Assembly: GCA_965223915.1 (NCBI GenBank)
Contig: OZ245027.1
Span: forward strand, 109,646 to 173,645
Source: Cyclobacteriaceae bacterium
GTDB lineage: Bacteria > Bacteroidota > Bacteroidia > Cytophagales > Cyclobacteriaceae
Direction: 5' to 3'
DNA length: 64,000 nt
The notes under the pieces are model-generated. The model did not search any database. It worked only from the letters and a program-made list of their open reading frames with translations, and had not been told where the DNA came from. Made by a program: the position numbers and the translations under genes. Of the stretch, positions 1-9,302 are shown in pieces (position 1 is the stretch's first letter; each line of letters begins with the position of its first letter).

Positions 1-523
1 CATATTGTTCTCCGAACTTCTCTTTTAGTAATTTTTCCTCCTCACGTACTGGTACAAAATACATTAATGTAATGTATAGAGGCCATAGTCCAAGTAAGAT
101 CCAATTGAGCATACCTAATGCTGTTCCTAACCACAAAGCAATATGGGCAGAGTAGATTGGATGTCGCATCAATTGAAAGGGCCCGGAAGTGATCAATTGT
201 TGTTCTCGGAAAACACCGCTTCCCGGAACATAGTGTTGCCCCATCGCTATTAAAGACCAAACATTCATGATAATGTGGTAGATGCTTAATGCAACACCTA
301 TTACCCTTAAGAGCAATAAGTTTTCTGATATTTCTCCGATCTGAGTCACCAGGAATACCAATGGAATACCCCACGATATAAGTGAACCTGGAGTAGGTAA
401 GGGTCCCTTTTTGTTCTCAATAACAGGACGTCTTTGGTGAAAATGTACTGCCAGAATAATAAAGGCAATAATATTCAAAACATAAATGATAATAAACCAA
501 AGTCTTATGGTATCAGTAATCAT
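1..523 (-). CDS. ICMT/PEMT-family membrane methyltransferase; C-terminus lies beyond the window edge
   Basis: Not in the ORF track because no stop falls inside the window. My translation of the minus strand from ATG 523-521 gives MITDTIRLWFIIIYVLNIIAFIILAVHF...GPFQLMRHPIYSAHIALWLGTALGML...VPVREEEKLLKEKFGEQY. It has hydrophobic helices plus RHPxY and EE..L...FG..Y motifs typical of isoprenylcysteine/phospholipid methyltransferases. Track ORF 42..374(-) is a wrong frame over the same DNA. Confidence 0.6.
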   Translation of the reverse strand, partial: MITDTIRLWFIIIYVLNIIAFIILAVHFHQRRPVIENKKGPLPTPGSLISWGIPLVFLVTQIGEISENLLLLRVIGVALSIYHIIMNVWSLIAMGQHYVPGSGVFREQQLITSGPFQLMRHPIYSAHIALWLGTALGMLNWILLGLWPLYITLMYFVPVREEEKLLKEKFGEQY

Positions 524-932
524 CATAATTAAGTTTTTGAAGATAGTTTATGCTTTTCTTTCAATTGTGTTCAAAAAAAACATCAATCACTGCGGGTTGA
601 TACTTCATTATGTCGTTTATAAAAATAGTGATTTCACTTTTAAACAGGTATGTATCAAAAGAAAACCCTCACACTTACTGGCCCCTTTGCCCCAATAGCC
701 TAGCAACAGCAACCCTCCGGGTCTGTCTGACAGATCTCTCTTGGGTCCTTTGGTTGGCCAGTTGAAGTATCCATACATGGTTTACCAACGGTCAAATATA
801 AGCGTAGTGCGGGGCTGAAAGTAATTACCTTTCGGTTATATGATTAAACCTATTAAGCGCAAAAAAGCTATTTGGCCCACATTACGCTTATACAATTTTT
901 AATGTGCCAGTGACTTTAGCGAATAAAGTCAG

Positions 933-1337
933 TTACTCTGCAGTATTGGGATTGATGATCGCAGAGACCTGGCTTATAGAATTTGCAGGCGCCCCTGCCT
1001 TCCTGGCATGATCTACTATTAAAGACTTATCCTTTGCTTTGAAAACACAATAGGTTTTATTGCCAACAATATAACTGTGTTGCCACTGTATATCAGGCCC
1101 CAGTTCTTTTAATGCTGAATTAGATTTCTGAGAAATAGTCTTCAATTCTTTAGGGGTCGAATTTCCCACATTTTCTATTTCTCTTTCAATAACGAAGGTT
1201 GGCATCTCTTTAGTTTCTTTCATCATTTCTTCGGTTTTTTGGTTACTATCAGAAAAATTACATGAAGCCAAAATCACCGATAAAACACACAAGATCAGTG
1301 GGCTTCCTTTTGAAATGTTTTTTTTCAAATTTTCCAT
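933..1337 (-). CDS. DUF4242-like lipoprotein
   Basis: 134-aa ORF. The N-terminus ...SPLILCVLSVILASC has a signal peptide plus a lipobox Cys. The C-terminal part (MPTFVIEREI...ELGPDIQWQHSYIVGNKTYCVFKAKDKSLIVDHARKAGAPANSI) fits the DUF4242 pattern as I remember it. Confidence 0.55.
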   Translation of the reverse strand: MENLKKNISKGSPLILCVLSVILASCNFSDSNQKTEEMMKETKEMPTFVIEREIENVGNSTPKELKTISQKSNSALKELGPDIQWQHSYIVGNKTYCVFKAKDKSLIVDHARKAGAPANSISQVSAIINPNTAE

Positions 1338-1461
1338 AAATTAAAATGCATTTAATTATCAATGTCATTACCTCAAAATTGCATAGAGATGACCTGAAGC
1401 GTTTTTCTGAAACGTTCAATATTTTTGCTTTATAGGGCAAATTCGGTCTAAAGGGATTATT

Positions 1462-2346
1462 TTATTCCCCGTTGCCCTTTTTCCGGTATGCACTGGGTGT
1501 TAGGCCATAGTTTTCCTTAAAAGCCCTGCTGAAATGGGACAAATTTTCAAATCCGCTATCGTAAGCAATCTCGCTTACAGGGCTATTACTGGTTTCTATC
1601 ATCAGTTTGGCATGTTCCAGTCTTTTTTGCTTCAGCCATTTACCTGGAGTGGTGTGGTAATATTCGCGGAATTCCCTTTTGAAGGTTGCTGTACTGCGTT
1701 CTGCCATTTTAGCAAATTGGTCGATGGTTAAATTAAATGTGTAATTGGCTTCCATTACCTCCCACAGCGGTGTTTTATATTGATCTTGTATGCTGTTGAC
1801 ATAGGCCAATAAATCAGTATTGGAAGGGTCTGATAAAATGGTAAAAAGCAATTCTTTGAACTTTAGTTCAAGCAAGCTTTTGGGAGGGGGGGATTTCTGG
1901 TTGAAATACGGTAAAATACTGAAAAAAAATGCCCGGGCAGTTTCGTTCACCTTTATTTCAATGAACATTTCTTTGGGTGGATCAGGTAAGTTTTTCAGGG
2001 GTAAATGGAATTTATACTCACGGAAAACTTTCCGTAAAAAATCATCTTTAAAATAGAAGGCAAGCACTTCCCAGCCGCTTGTTTCGTCCAATTCTTGTTT
2101 ATAGGCTGCCTTTCGAAAGAAAAGGGATTTATTTTCAGTGAGTACCCATGATTTACCCCCTTGGTAGATTGTTTTTTTGCCAGACAGTGTAAAAGCAATT
2201 TCATTAAAGTGAGTGAAAAGTTTTAATTGTTTTTCCACCTGCGGGCAACGATAGTACACAAAAAGCATGTCCTTTACAGCAAGCTGCTTAAAATTATTCG
2301 GTTGGCTGATTTTCAAGTCATAGGTATTGATCATAACTGAAAACAA
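1462..2346 (-). CDS. AraC/XylS-family transcriptional regulator
   Basis: 294-aa ORF. The C-terminal ~100 aa carries the double HTH of AraC regulators (TIDQFAKMAERSTATFKREFREYYHTTPGKWLKQKRLEHAKLMI...VSEIAYDSGFENLSHFSRAFKENYGLTPSAYRK). Confidence 0.85.
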   Translation of the reverse strand: MFSVMINTYDLKISQPNNFKQLAVKDMLFVYYRCPQVEKQLKLFTHFNEIAFTLSGKKTIYQGGKSWVLTENKSLFFRKAAYKQELDETSGWEVLAFYFKDDFLRKVFREYKFHLPLKNLPDPPKEMFIEIKVNETARAFFFSILPYFNQKSPPPKSLLELKFKELLFTILSDPSNTDLLAYVNSIQDQYKTPLWEVMEANYTFNLTIDQFAKMAERSTATFKREFREYYHTTPGKWLKQKRLEHAKLMIETSNSPVSEIAYDSGFENLSHFSRAFKENYGLTPSAYRKKGNGE

Positions 2347-2540
2347 TTATTGAGCATACACTACAAAATACTTTCCAGTTTTCCAATATTTTCAGGGATC
2401 ACTTTCCCTATAGGAATGCACACCAATGATCAGCTAAAATGAGTATGCGCCCCAGTTGCTAAGAACAGTGAATCTCTTTTACACACTGTCACATCAGAAG
2501 GCTCAGTTCAGCATATAGATGGAAGTGTTGGTTATCGGTC

Positions 2541-3861
2541 TTAATTTTCAGTTATCAGTTCTTCCTGCAAGAAAACTGTTCCAGACTTAATTATCCGGTG
2601 GATATCTCTTGTGTTTTTGATATCCTCTAAAGGATTACTGTTTAATATCAATAAATCAGCCTCCTTTTTGGGGAATAGCGATCCGACAAATTCATCAAGA
2701 TTCAGTGCCAAAGCACCTCCGGTAGTGGCAGACCAAAGAATTTCCCGATCGCTCAAGCCAACAAACTCTTTCAATATTTCCATTTCGAGATGACGTGCCT
2801 ATGCCAATTGGGCAGTCCGATCCAATGGCAATCGGAATCTGATGTTCTTTAGCTAACCGTGTATTTTTGGCTATTATCCTTCTGAATCTTTCAGTATCTG
2901 TGGCCATTTTGGATAAGCTAGTCTTCACTTCGGATCTATTTATTTTCGATCTCTTCTCATAATACTCCTTCTCGTTTTCAGACAGCACCCTACTGAGTCT
3001 TTCATCTTCAAGTATCCTTTGTGCATATTGAAAAGGTTCGGCTACTCTATCTATTAAAGCTAAAGTAGTTACCCATGCCATTTGATTTTCCTTCATCTTA
3101 AGCCACGTATATTCTGGAAGGTTAGTGTCAGCTGGCGCATGAATAATTAAGTCAATTCCTGCATCTACTAAATCAGCATATGACTTGGAATCCCAAGCAT
3201 GACCGTAAACCCTCATTCTTAATTCATGAGCCCTGTTGATAATGGATGAGAGCACCATAGGATCCAAATCTCGAGAAAATTTGGAGCTGTCTTCAAACCA
3301 TACGGTCCCATTATCAAGGAAAACTTTAATCGAGTTAAACCCTTGCATTTTGACACGTTCAACTTGTTTAATCCCTTCAGCAGGAGTCATAGGCTTTAGA
3401 ACGTGCCAGACATTTGGAGCAATGTTGTCTGGAAAACTACCGGAGAACATCCAGGGGTTTTGAACAAGTTTCGGAGAAGGAGAATTTTTCTTTGAGGCCC
3501 AAACCTGAAATTCCAGCGTGGTGTCAGCTTTGCTAGTTAAAGTATGCGCAGTTGTTACACCTAAGGCTAAGCCTTGCCTAAAACCACGCTTGTTACTTGT
3601 ATGTGAATGAACTTCAATTAGTCCAGGAATGATCCATTTATCAGTTTCATCTATTATCGTGGAGTTTTCAGGGATCAACAATGAATCATTCTTACCTATT
3701 TGATGGATATAGCCGTCTTTAATTATAACCGTCCCGTTTTCTATGGGATCCCTGGTGGCTTCTTGTATGATTGTAGCATTGCTAATAGCCAAATATTCCT
3801 GTGCAAAAGCTACTGTTTGAGAAAGTAGGCAAATGGTGAGATATGAGATGATTTTTTTCAG
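2541..3861 (-). pseudogene. Secreted metal-dependent amidohydrolase, disrupted by a frameshift and lacking a canonical start
   Basis: Track ORFs 2695..3792 and 2541..2783 are consecutive parts of one amidohydrolase: ...IEVHSHT...IAIGSDCPIG / frame change near 2790-2815 / HLEMEILKEFVGLSDREILWSATTGGALALNL...ADLLILNSNPLEDI. A signal peptide (L)KKIISYLTICLLSQTVAFAQ lies upstream of the TTG used by the track. It begins at CTG 3861-3859, two codons after an in-frame TAG. Confidence 0.6.
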
Positions 3862-3903
3862 CGGCTACCTATTATAATATCCCCATATGTTTTCAAGCCT
3901 GCC

Positions 3904-5094
3904 TTATGCGGGCACCATTCCATGCGGGTCAATCACATATTTCTTGGCGGCACCTTTATCGAAATCCTTATACCCATTCGGTCCTTCATCAAGTGTAATC
4001 ACCTGAACATTTACTGCATCGGCTATTTTAATTCTGTCATATAAAATGGCCTGCATCAGGTCGCGGTTATAGGTCATTACCGGGCACTGACCTGTATGGA
4101 AATGATGTGACTTAGCCCAGCCCAATCCAATTCTGATACTTAGGTTGCCCACTTTAGCATTTTCATCTATGCCGCCCGGATCACCCGTAACATATAATCC
4201 GGGAATACCAATACCTCCGCCGGCACGGGTCACTTCCATCGCCGCGTTTAATACTGTTGCAGGCTGCTCGTGATTACTTTCATGTCCATGTCCCTTCGCC
4301 TCAAAGCCTACGCAATCCACAGTACAATCGACTTCAGGCACTCCAACGATGGCTTCTATTTGTTCAGCCAACGTTGCATCTTTTCTTAAGTCAACCACTT
4401 CGCAACCAAAGCTTTTAGCCTGTTCCAGTCTTTCCGGTATCATATCCCCGACGATCACTACCGCTGCTCCCAAAAGATGGCAGGAAGCCGCGCAGGCCAG
4501 TCCGACAGGTCCCGCCCCAGCGACGTACACCACCATACCGGGTTTCACTCCAGCTGTGACCGCACCATGATAGCCGGTAGGTAAAATATCTGATAGCAAA
4601 GTCAGGTCACGGATCTTCTCCAAGGCCTGGTCCTTGTTTGGGAATTTCAAAAGATTGAAATCAGCATATGGCACCATCACATATTCTGCCTGGCCACCAA
4701 TCCAACCCCCCATATCTACATAGCCATATGCAGAACCAGGTCGCGCGTCATTCACATTCAGACAAATACCAGTTTGTTGTTCCTTGCAATTCCTGCATCG
4801 ACCACATGCGATATTAAAAGGTACTGACACCAGGTCTCCAACTTCTAAAAACTCCACATCCCTGCCTTTCTCCAGTATCACCCCGGTAATTTCATGTCCA
4901 AGAATCAATCCTTCCGGAGCCGTTGTACGCCCCCTGACCATGTGTTGATCGCTTCCACAGATGTTGGTGGAAACAATTTTTAAAATAACTCCGTGATGGC
5001 ATTTTCGTTCTCCAAGTGCCAATTCCGGGAATGCGATGTTCTGTACTTCTACCACACCGGGTTTAATGTAAGCGATTCCTCTGTTAGATGACAT
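3904..5094 (-). CDS. fdhA: Glutathione-independent formaldehyde dehydrogenase (Zn-dependent MDR family)
   Basis: 396-aa ORF with GHEITG catalytic-Zn motif, CGRCRNC structural-Zn cysteines and a GAGPVGL Rossmann motif. Length and C-terminal region resemble Pseudomonas putida-type FdhA. Confidence 0.8.
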   Translation of the reverse strand: MSSNRGIAYIKPGVVEVQNIAFPELALGERKCHHGVILKIVSTNICGSDQHMVRGRTTAPEGLILGHEITGVILEKGRDVEFLEVGDLVSVPFNIACGRCRNCKEQQTGICLNVNDARPGSAYGYVDMGGWIGGQAEYVMVPYADFNLLKFPNKDQALEKIRDLTLLSDILPTGYHGAVTAGVKPGMVVYVAGAGPVGLACAASCHLLGAAVVIVGDMIPERLEQAKSFGCEVVDLRKDATLAEQIEAIVGVPEVDCTVDCVGFEAKGHGHESNHEQPATVLNAAMEVTRAGGGIGIPGLYVTGDPGGIDENAKVGNLSIRIGLGWAKSHHFHTGQCPVMTYNRDLMQAILYDRIKIADAVNVQVITLDEGPNGYKDFDKGAAKKYVIDPHGMVPA

Positions 5095-5229
5095 AAGTTT
5101 TGGGGTTTTGGGTTGGTGAAAATTTTAATGATGTTCTCTCATCAATATAATCAATCTTTCTAACTTATAACCTTAAAATAATGGTTTAACACTCCTGATG
5201 CCCAATAAGAATAAACAACCTCCATTTCA

Positions 5230-7530
5230 ATGAATAAGCTAAACCATCGAAATATCTCCATTACCGGGAACATACAATTTCAAAATTTGCAGATCAAATC
5301 CCCAACAGATTATGCTGCCGGTGTCCCGGGAATTTTAGCAGCCTTAGAACACACAAAGAAAGAATTGGGGCTATATAAGGGTCTGAAGAAACTTTCCAGA
5401 ATGAATCAAAAGGAAGGCTTTGATTGTCCCGGCTGTGCATGGCCAGATCCTGAAGAGCGCTCAAAATTGGGAGAGTATTGTGAAAATGGAGCTAAAGCAT
5501 TAGCAGAAGAGGCTACAGATTCTCGGGTCGATATAGCTTTTTTCAAGAAGCATGATGTAGAGGAATTATCCGGATGGTCTGATTATGAAATTGGTAAAGC
5601 AGGCCGGATCACACAGCCATTTATGCTTAAACCGCATTCAAAACATTATGAACCCATCGGATGGAAATACGCATTCGAACAAATAGCATCTCAGTTACAT
5701 CGTTTATCATCACCTGATGAGGCCATATTTTATACATCCGGAAGATCAAGCAATGAAGCTGCTTTTCTTTATGGACTGTTTGTGCGGGCTTTTGGGACCA
5801 ACAACATGCCTGACTGTTCCAATATGTGCCATGAATCCAGTGGTGTTGCATTAACTGAGACGCTTGGGATTGGCAAAGGGTCGGTTACATTAGAAGATTT
5901 TCCCGAGGCAGAAGTAATCATCGTTATCGGGCAGAATCCGGGCACAAACCATCCCCGGATGTTGTCGGCTTTGCAAAAGTGTAAGCAAAATGGAGGTAAG
6001 ATTATTGCCATCAATCCACTGGAAGAAGCCGGGTTAATGCGGTTTAAGAATCCTCAGGAGATGGGGGGAATTTTTGGTCAGGGAACTGTCCTCACAGATG
6101 TATTCCTTCAGGTAAAAATTAATCAAGATGTGGCATTACTCAAGCTCATCCAGATGCGGTTACTAAGTCTGGAAAGATCAGGAAAAAAGATTTTTGATCA
6201 GGATTTCATCTCAGAAAAAACATCGGGGTACCAGGAACTGATTACCGACCTGGATACACATGATGAGGAAAGCCTTCTTGATATGTGCGGTGTATCGCCT
6301 GAAAGCATTGAGGATGCGGTTACGTTATTGGCATCAAGACAGCGTATCATTATTTGTTGGGCCATGGGGCTGACTCAGCATTATAATGCGGTGGATAATA
6401 TCAGGGAATGCGTCAATCTGCTATTACTTAAGGGAAGCATCGGAAAAAAAGGTGCAGGAACATGTCCTGTTCGGGGTCATAGCAATGTGCAGGGGGATCG
6501 CACAGTCGGGATTATGCATCATGTGTCACCTGAATTAAATCAATCCATAAAAAAAGTATTTGGCTTTGACCCACCTGAAAAAAAAGGGTTGGATACCGTC
6601 CATTCAATTATGGCCATGCATGAAAGCAAAGCAAAATTTTTCATGGGGTTGGGGGGTAATTTTCTTTCCGCCGCTTCAGATACAGCCTATACGGCTAAAG
6701 CCCTGATGAACTGTGACATGACCGTTTCAATTACTACAAAGCTGAATAGGACCCACCTGGTCACCGGGAAATCGTCCATCATATTGCCAACACTGGGAAG
6801 GTCAGAGACTGACGTACGTGAGGGTAAACAAAGATATGTGACCGTGGAAAATAGCATGGGCAAGGTGCATAGATCTCAGGGGAAGTTTGAACCAGCAAGT
6901 GAAATGCTAATGAGCGAGCCGGAAATTGTTGCGGGTATTGCCGCAAGTTATTTCGATGGTAATGGTTCCGTTGATTGGCATGAGCTGGGCCGCGATTATG
7001 ATCTCATCAGAAAAAAAATAGAAGAAGTAATCAAAGGATTTGAAGATTATTCCGGTCGATCCGGTGGAACTGGTTTTTACCTGCCAAACAATGCCCGACA
7101 GGGAGATTTTTCAAAACTACCTGGTGGAAAGGTGAGGTTCTCTCCCGGAAAACTGGCAGATCATCAGTTGGAAGAAGGAGAATTCATCTTGATGACGATT
7201 CGTTCTCATGATCAATTCAACACAACGATCTACGGATTAAATGATCGTTATAGAGGAATTTACAATGAACGCCGTGTAGTGTTAATGAATAAGGATGATA
7301 TGAAATCGCATAATCTGCAAGCCCAATCAGTGGTGGATCTGGTTAGCAATTACGATGGTCAGGAGCGCAGGGCCACACAATTCAAAGTCATCCCATATAA
7401 AATCCCTCAGGGAAACCTGGGTGCTTATTTTCCGGAAACAAATATGCTTGTTCCGATTAATCATTTTGCGGAGAAGAGCAATACGCCAATTAGCAAGTCG
7501 ATCAGGGTTAGGGTGGAGAAGCATGATTAA
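5230..7530 (+). CDS. FdhF/YdeP-family molybdopterin oxidoreductase
   Basis: 766-aa ORF. It has an N-terminal Cys cluster (GFDCPGCAWPDP) and a molybdopterin-oxidoreductase core. Size and N-terminus are typical of the YdeP subgroup of formate-dehydrogenase-like enzymes. Confidence 0.8.
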   Translation: MNKLNHRNISITGNIQFQNLQIKSPTDYAAGVPGILAALEHTKKELGLYKGLKKLSRMNQKEGFDCPGCAWPDPEERSKLGEYCENGAKALAEEATDSRVDIAFFKKHDVEELSGWSDYEIGKAGRITQPFMLKPHSKHYEPIGWKYAFEQIASQLHRLSSPDEAIFYTSGRSSNEAAFLYGLFVRAFGTNNMPDCSNMCHESSGVALTETLGIGKGSVTLEDFPEAEVIIVIGQNPGTNHPRMLSALQKCKQNGGKIIAINPLEEAGLMRFKNPQEMGGIFGQGTVLTDVFLQVKINQDVALLKLIQMRLLSLERSGKKIFDQDFISEKTSGYQELITDLDTHDEESLLDMCGVSPESIEDAVTLLASRQRIIICWAMGLTQHYNAVDNIRECVNLLLLKGSIGKKGAGTCPVRGHSNVQGDRTVGIMHHVSPELNQSIKKVFGFDPPEKKGLDTVHSIMAMHESKAKFFMGLGGNFLSAASDTAYTAKALMNCDMTVSITTKLNRTHLVTGKSSIILPTLGRSETDVREGKQRYVTVENSMGKVHRSQGKFEPASEMLMSEPEIVAGIAASYFDGNGSVDWHELGRDYDLIRKKIEEVIKGFEDYSGRSGGTGFYLPNNARQGDFSKLPGGKVRFSPGKLADHQLEEGEFILMTIRSHDQFNTTIYGLNDRYRGIYNERRVVLMNKDDMKSHNLQAQSVVDLVSNYDGQERRATQFKVIPYKIPQGNLGAYFPETNMLVPINHFAEKSNTPISKSIRVRVEKHD

Positions 7531-7614
7531 TGCTCAAGACCAGAATACGAGAATTGGGAAATTAATATAATCAATCATTTACCCTTGTAGTCAAAAAGGG
7601 TGAATGACAACTTT

Positions 7615-7767
7615 GTTGCCTTCGTTGGTGTTTTCACAGTGTTTTCACCAACGAATATCGGCCGGTAGGTGCATAGTGAGACAATTCATGTTGTTGGCCT
7701 GTCAGGGGACAAGCCATGGAGAGGAGAATCCTTTATCGCACAAGTGAAAAACACTTGCGCGATAAAG
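7615..7767. repeat. Composite cluster of three REP-like palindromic elements (families A, B, C)
   Basis: A at 7615-7674: gttgccTTCGTTGGTGttttcacagtgttttCACCAACGAAtatcggccggtaggtgcat. B at 7693-7724: gttGGCCTGTCagggGACAAGCCatggagagg. C at 7731-7767: cTTTATCGCACAAGTGaaaaaCACTTGCGCGATAAAg. Each recurs elsewhere in the window: A at 61276-61333 and 63053-63084; B at 19218-19249; C at 62993-63028. Confidence 0.8.
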
Positions 7768-7838
7768 TTGAAGACTGTGAAATCAGAAAGATCATATTTC
7801 AACTTCTTCGGAATATTCTCGTCAAGAAGAAGTTTCAT
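7686..7838 (-). pseudogene. Truncated DUF5615 (PIN/Mut7-C-like) toxin gene; only ~24 N-terminal codons remain
   Basis: ATG at 7838 overlaps the end of the DUF433 gene. MKLLLDENIPKKLKYDLSDFTVFN matches the usual DUF5615 N-terminus (MK.L.DENlP..l). The reading frame then runs directly into REP elements C and B (FIAQVFFTCAIKDSPLHGLSPD...). Family members are normally ~110-120 aa. Confidence 0.5.
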
Positions 7839-8055
7839 AGAGTTTCTTGAAATTCGATGATGTGACAACCTTCCCAGCAAGTTCTAATACCTTTACAGCC
7901 TGGTCATGACTTACAGAAGGAAAGTCGTTTAGAAATTCTTTCAGCGGTACTCCGCTTTCAAGATGATCAAAAAGCGATTCGATGGGGACTCTGGTTCCAG
8001 TAAAAACCGGAGTTCCTCCTAATACTTCAGGATCAATGCTTACATCAGTTTCCAT
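7822..8055 (-). CDS. DUF433-domain antitoxin-like protein
   Basis: METDVSIDPEVLGGTPVFTGTRVPIESLFDHLESGVPLKEFLNDFPSVSHDQAVKVLE fits the DUF433 signature (dP.i..G.P.i.GTRi.v). I chose the internal ATG at 8055 rather than the track start at 8127, which overlaps the caspase gene. Confidence 0.7.
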   Translation of the reverse strand: METDVSIDPEVLGGTPVFTGTRVPIESLFDHLESGVPLKEFLNDFPSVSHDQAVKVLELAGKVVTSSNFKKLYETSS

Positions 8056-8123
8056 ACCACAATTTAACGAAAGTTGTCTTGATTCGTTTACAGTGTCTGA
8101 AACTCGTAACTGTCCTATTTCCC

Positions 8124-9287
8124 TCACTGCTTCGCTACAAACACAAAGTCACTGTTGGCTTCGTCGGAGCCAAAGCTTCCAAAGCGGGGCTCTGTAGGTA
8201 ACCTGAGGAAATAGGGAACCAACTCTGAAGTAGACAGGATCCGTCCTTCTCCACCACCTACTTCCCTCAATGCCAATATGAATTTCTCAGCGAAAGGAGA
8301 ATGCATCCCGGGACGTCCATCCGGAACATATTCTTTGCTTCCACTGGTCAAAAATTTACGTGTCCTTTTAGTTAATTTTTTTACCAGGTAATCAGCATCT
8401 TCTTTTTCTACAGCTTCTCCCCTCCTCCTGGTCATGGATGGATCAAACGTTCCACCAAAGCATACATCCATCACCAGCATGATGTGTTCACACTTGATAT
8501 TGTCGATCCTTACCCTTAAGAGGTTATGAGACAGATAAGTGGTTCTTCCTTTATCATTCTTTAAAGAATTTGATGCGACTACATAGCCCTCCTCCAATGT
8601 ATCATCAAAATAACCATGCCCGGCAACAAATATCAATAACTGATCCTGTGGGTTGAATCTTTTGGTATTGTACTCATAGATCACATCATTAATTTCTTCC
8701 ACGGTGGGATTGATGATCTTTTCTGACTCAAATCCATACTTTTCTTTAAGGATAGTCTCAATGGTATTGGCATCATGAATGGGGTTATTCAAATCCCCCC
8801 AGTTTTCATACTCATCTGTTGCAATGATGAGCGCATAGTCCTTTCTATTGGCATCAACTGTGGAGGTAATGTCATCCGTGCCGTGTAGGATACTTCTTTT
8901 GCTGCTGACCGTTCCGCCATCCTTATTGACCGCGACAAGCTCTACCACATTTGATCCGTCCAGCAGGTTAAGCTTTTGTTCAAAGTTGAAACTGTTTTGT
9001 AGAGCTCCGATAGGAATTTCTTTTTCTACGGTCTGACCTTTCACATTCAGCACCAGTTTCACCGAACTCAGCTCTACGCTGGACTTGATCCGTGCCTCGA
9101 GCATGATGCTTTTCTCAGTGCTGAATGAAGACTCGATCCGGGGAGTTTCCCAGGTAATCTCAGGCAATGTGGTATGCTTGACTTCTTTTGTGAAGTCCAG
9201 TTGAATGGCGTTTGACTTCTCTACAAAGCTTTGGGCACTGACCCAAAGGGGTAGGAATAAGATAATAAGTAGTGCAATTTTTTTCAT
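8124..9287 (-). CDS. Secreted caspase-family (peptidase C14, clan CD) protein with an N-terminal beta-sandwich-like region
   Basis: 387-aa ORF with signal peptide MKKIALLIILFLPLWVSAQS. The caspase core starts at DYALIIATDEY. The His motif is FVAGHGYF and the Cys motif is LVMDVCFGG, the order and spacing expected for a C14 His-Cys dyad. Confidence 0.75.
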   Translation of the reverse strand: MKKIALLIILFLPLWVSAQSFVEKSNAIQLDFTKEVKHTTLPEITWETPRIESSFSTEKSIMLEARIKSSVELSSVKLVLNVKGQTVEKEIPIGALQNSFNFEQKLNLLDGSNVVELVAVNKDGGTVSSKRSILHGTDDITSTVDANRKDYALIIATDEYENWGDLNNPIHDANTIETILKEKYGFESEKIINPTVEEINDVIYEYNTKRFNPQDQLLIFVAGHGYFDDTLEEGYVVASNSLKNDKGRTTYLSHNLLRVRIDNIKCEHIMLVMDVCFGGTFDPSMTRRRGEAVEKEDADYLVKKLTKRTRKFLTSGSKEYVPDGRPGMHSPFAEKFILALREVGGGEGRILSTSELVPYFLRLPTEPRFGSFGSDEANSDFVFVAKQ

Positions 9288-9302
9288 GGCGATTCTCCTT
9301 TC

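Noticed and set aside
42-374. 110-aa minus-strand ORF from the track
   Set aside because: Its composition is not protein-like (Cys/Arg-rich, no motifs). A different minus-strand frame over the same DNA encodes a clean ICMT/PEMT-type membrane protein that runs off the window edge.
796-893. Long-range hairpin (TATAAGCGTA 797-806 pairs with TACGCTTATA 883-892) enclosing a smaller GAAAG/CTTTC hairpin, plus palindrome tctgtc-t-gacaga at 721-735
   Set aside because: It could be a structured RNA or another REP variant. I recognise no known RNA family, and no second copy is in the window, so the evidence is too thin to call a feature.
7669-7860. 63-aa plus-strand ORF; likewise 61164..61355 (+)
   Set aside because: Both are translated almost entirely from REP-like palindromes (families A, B, C), so the same peptide strings recur wherever the repeats occur. 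They are artefacts of repeat sequence.
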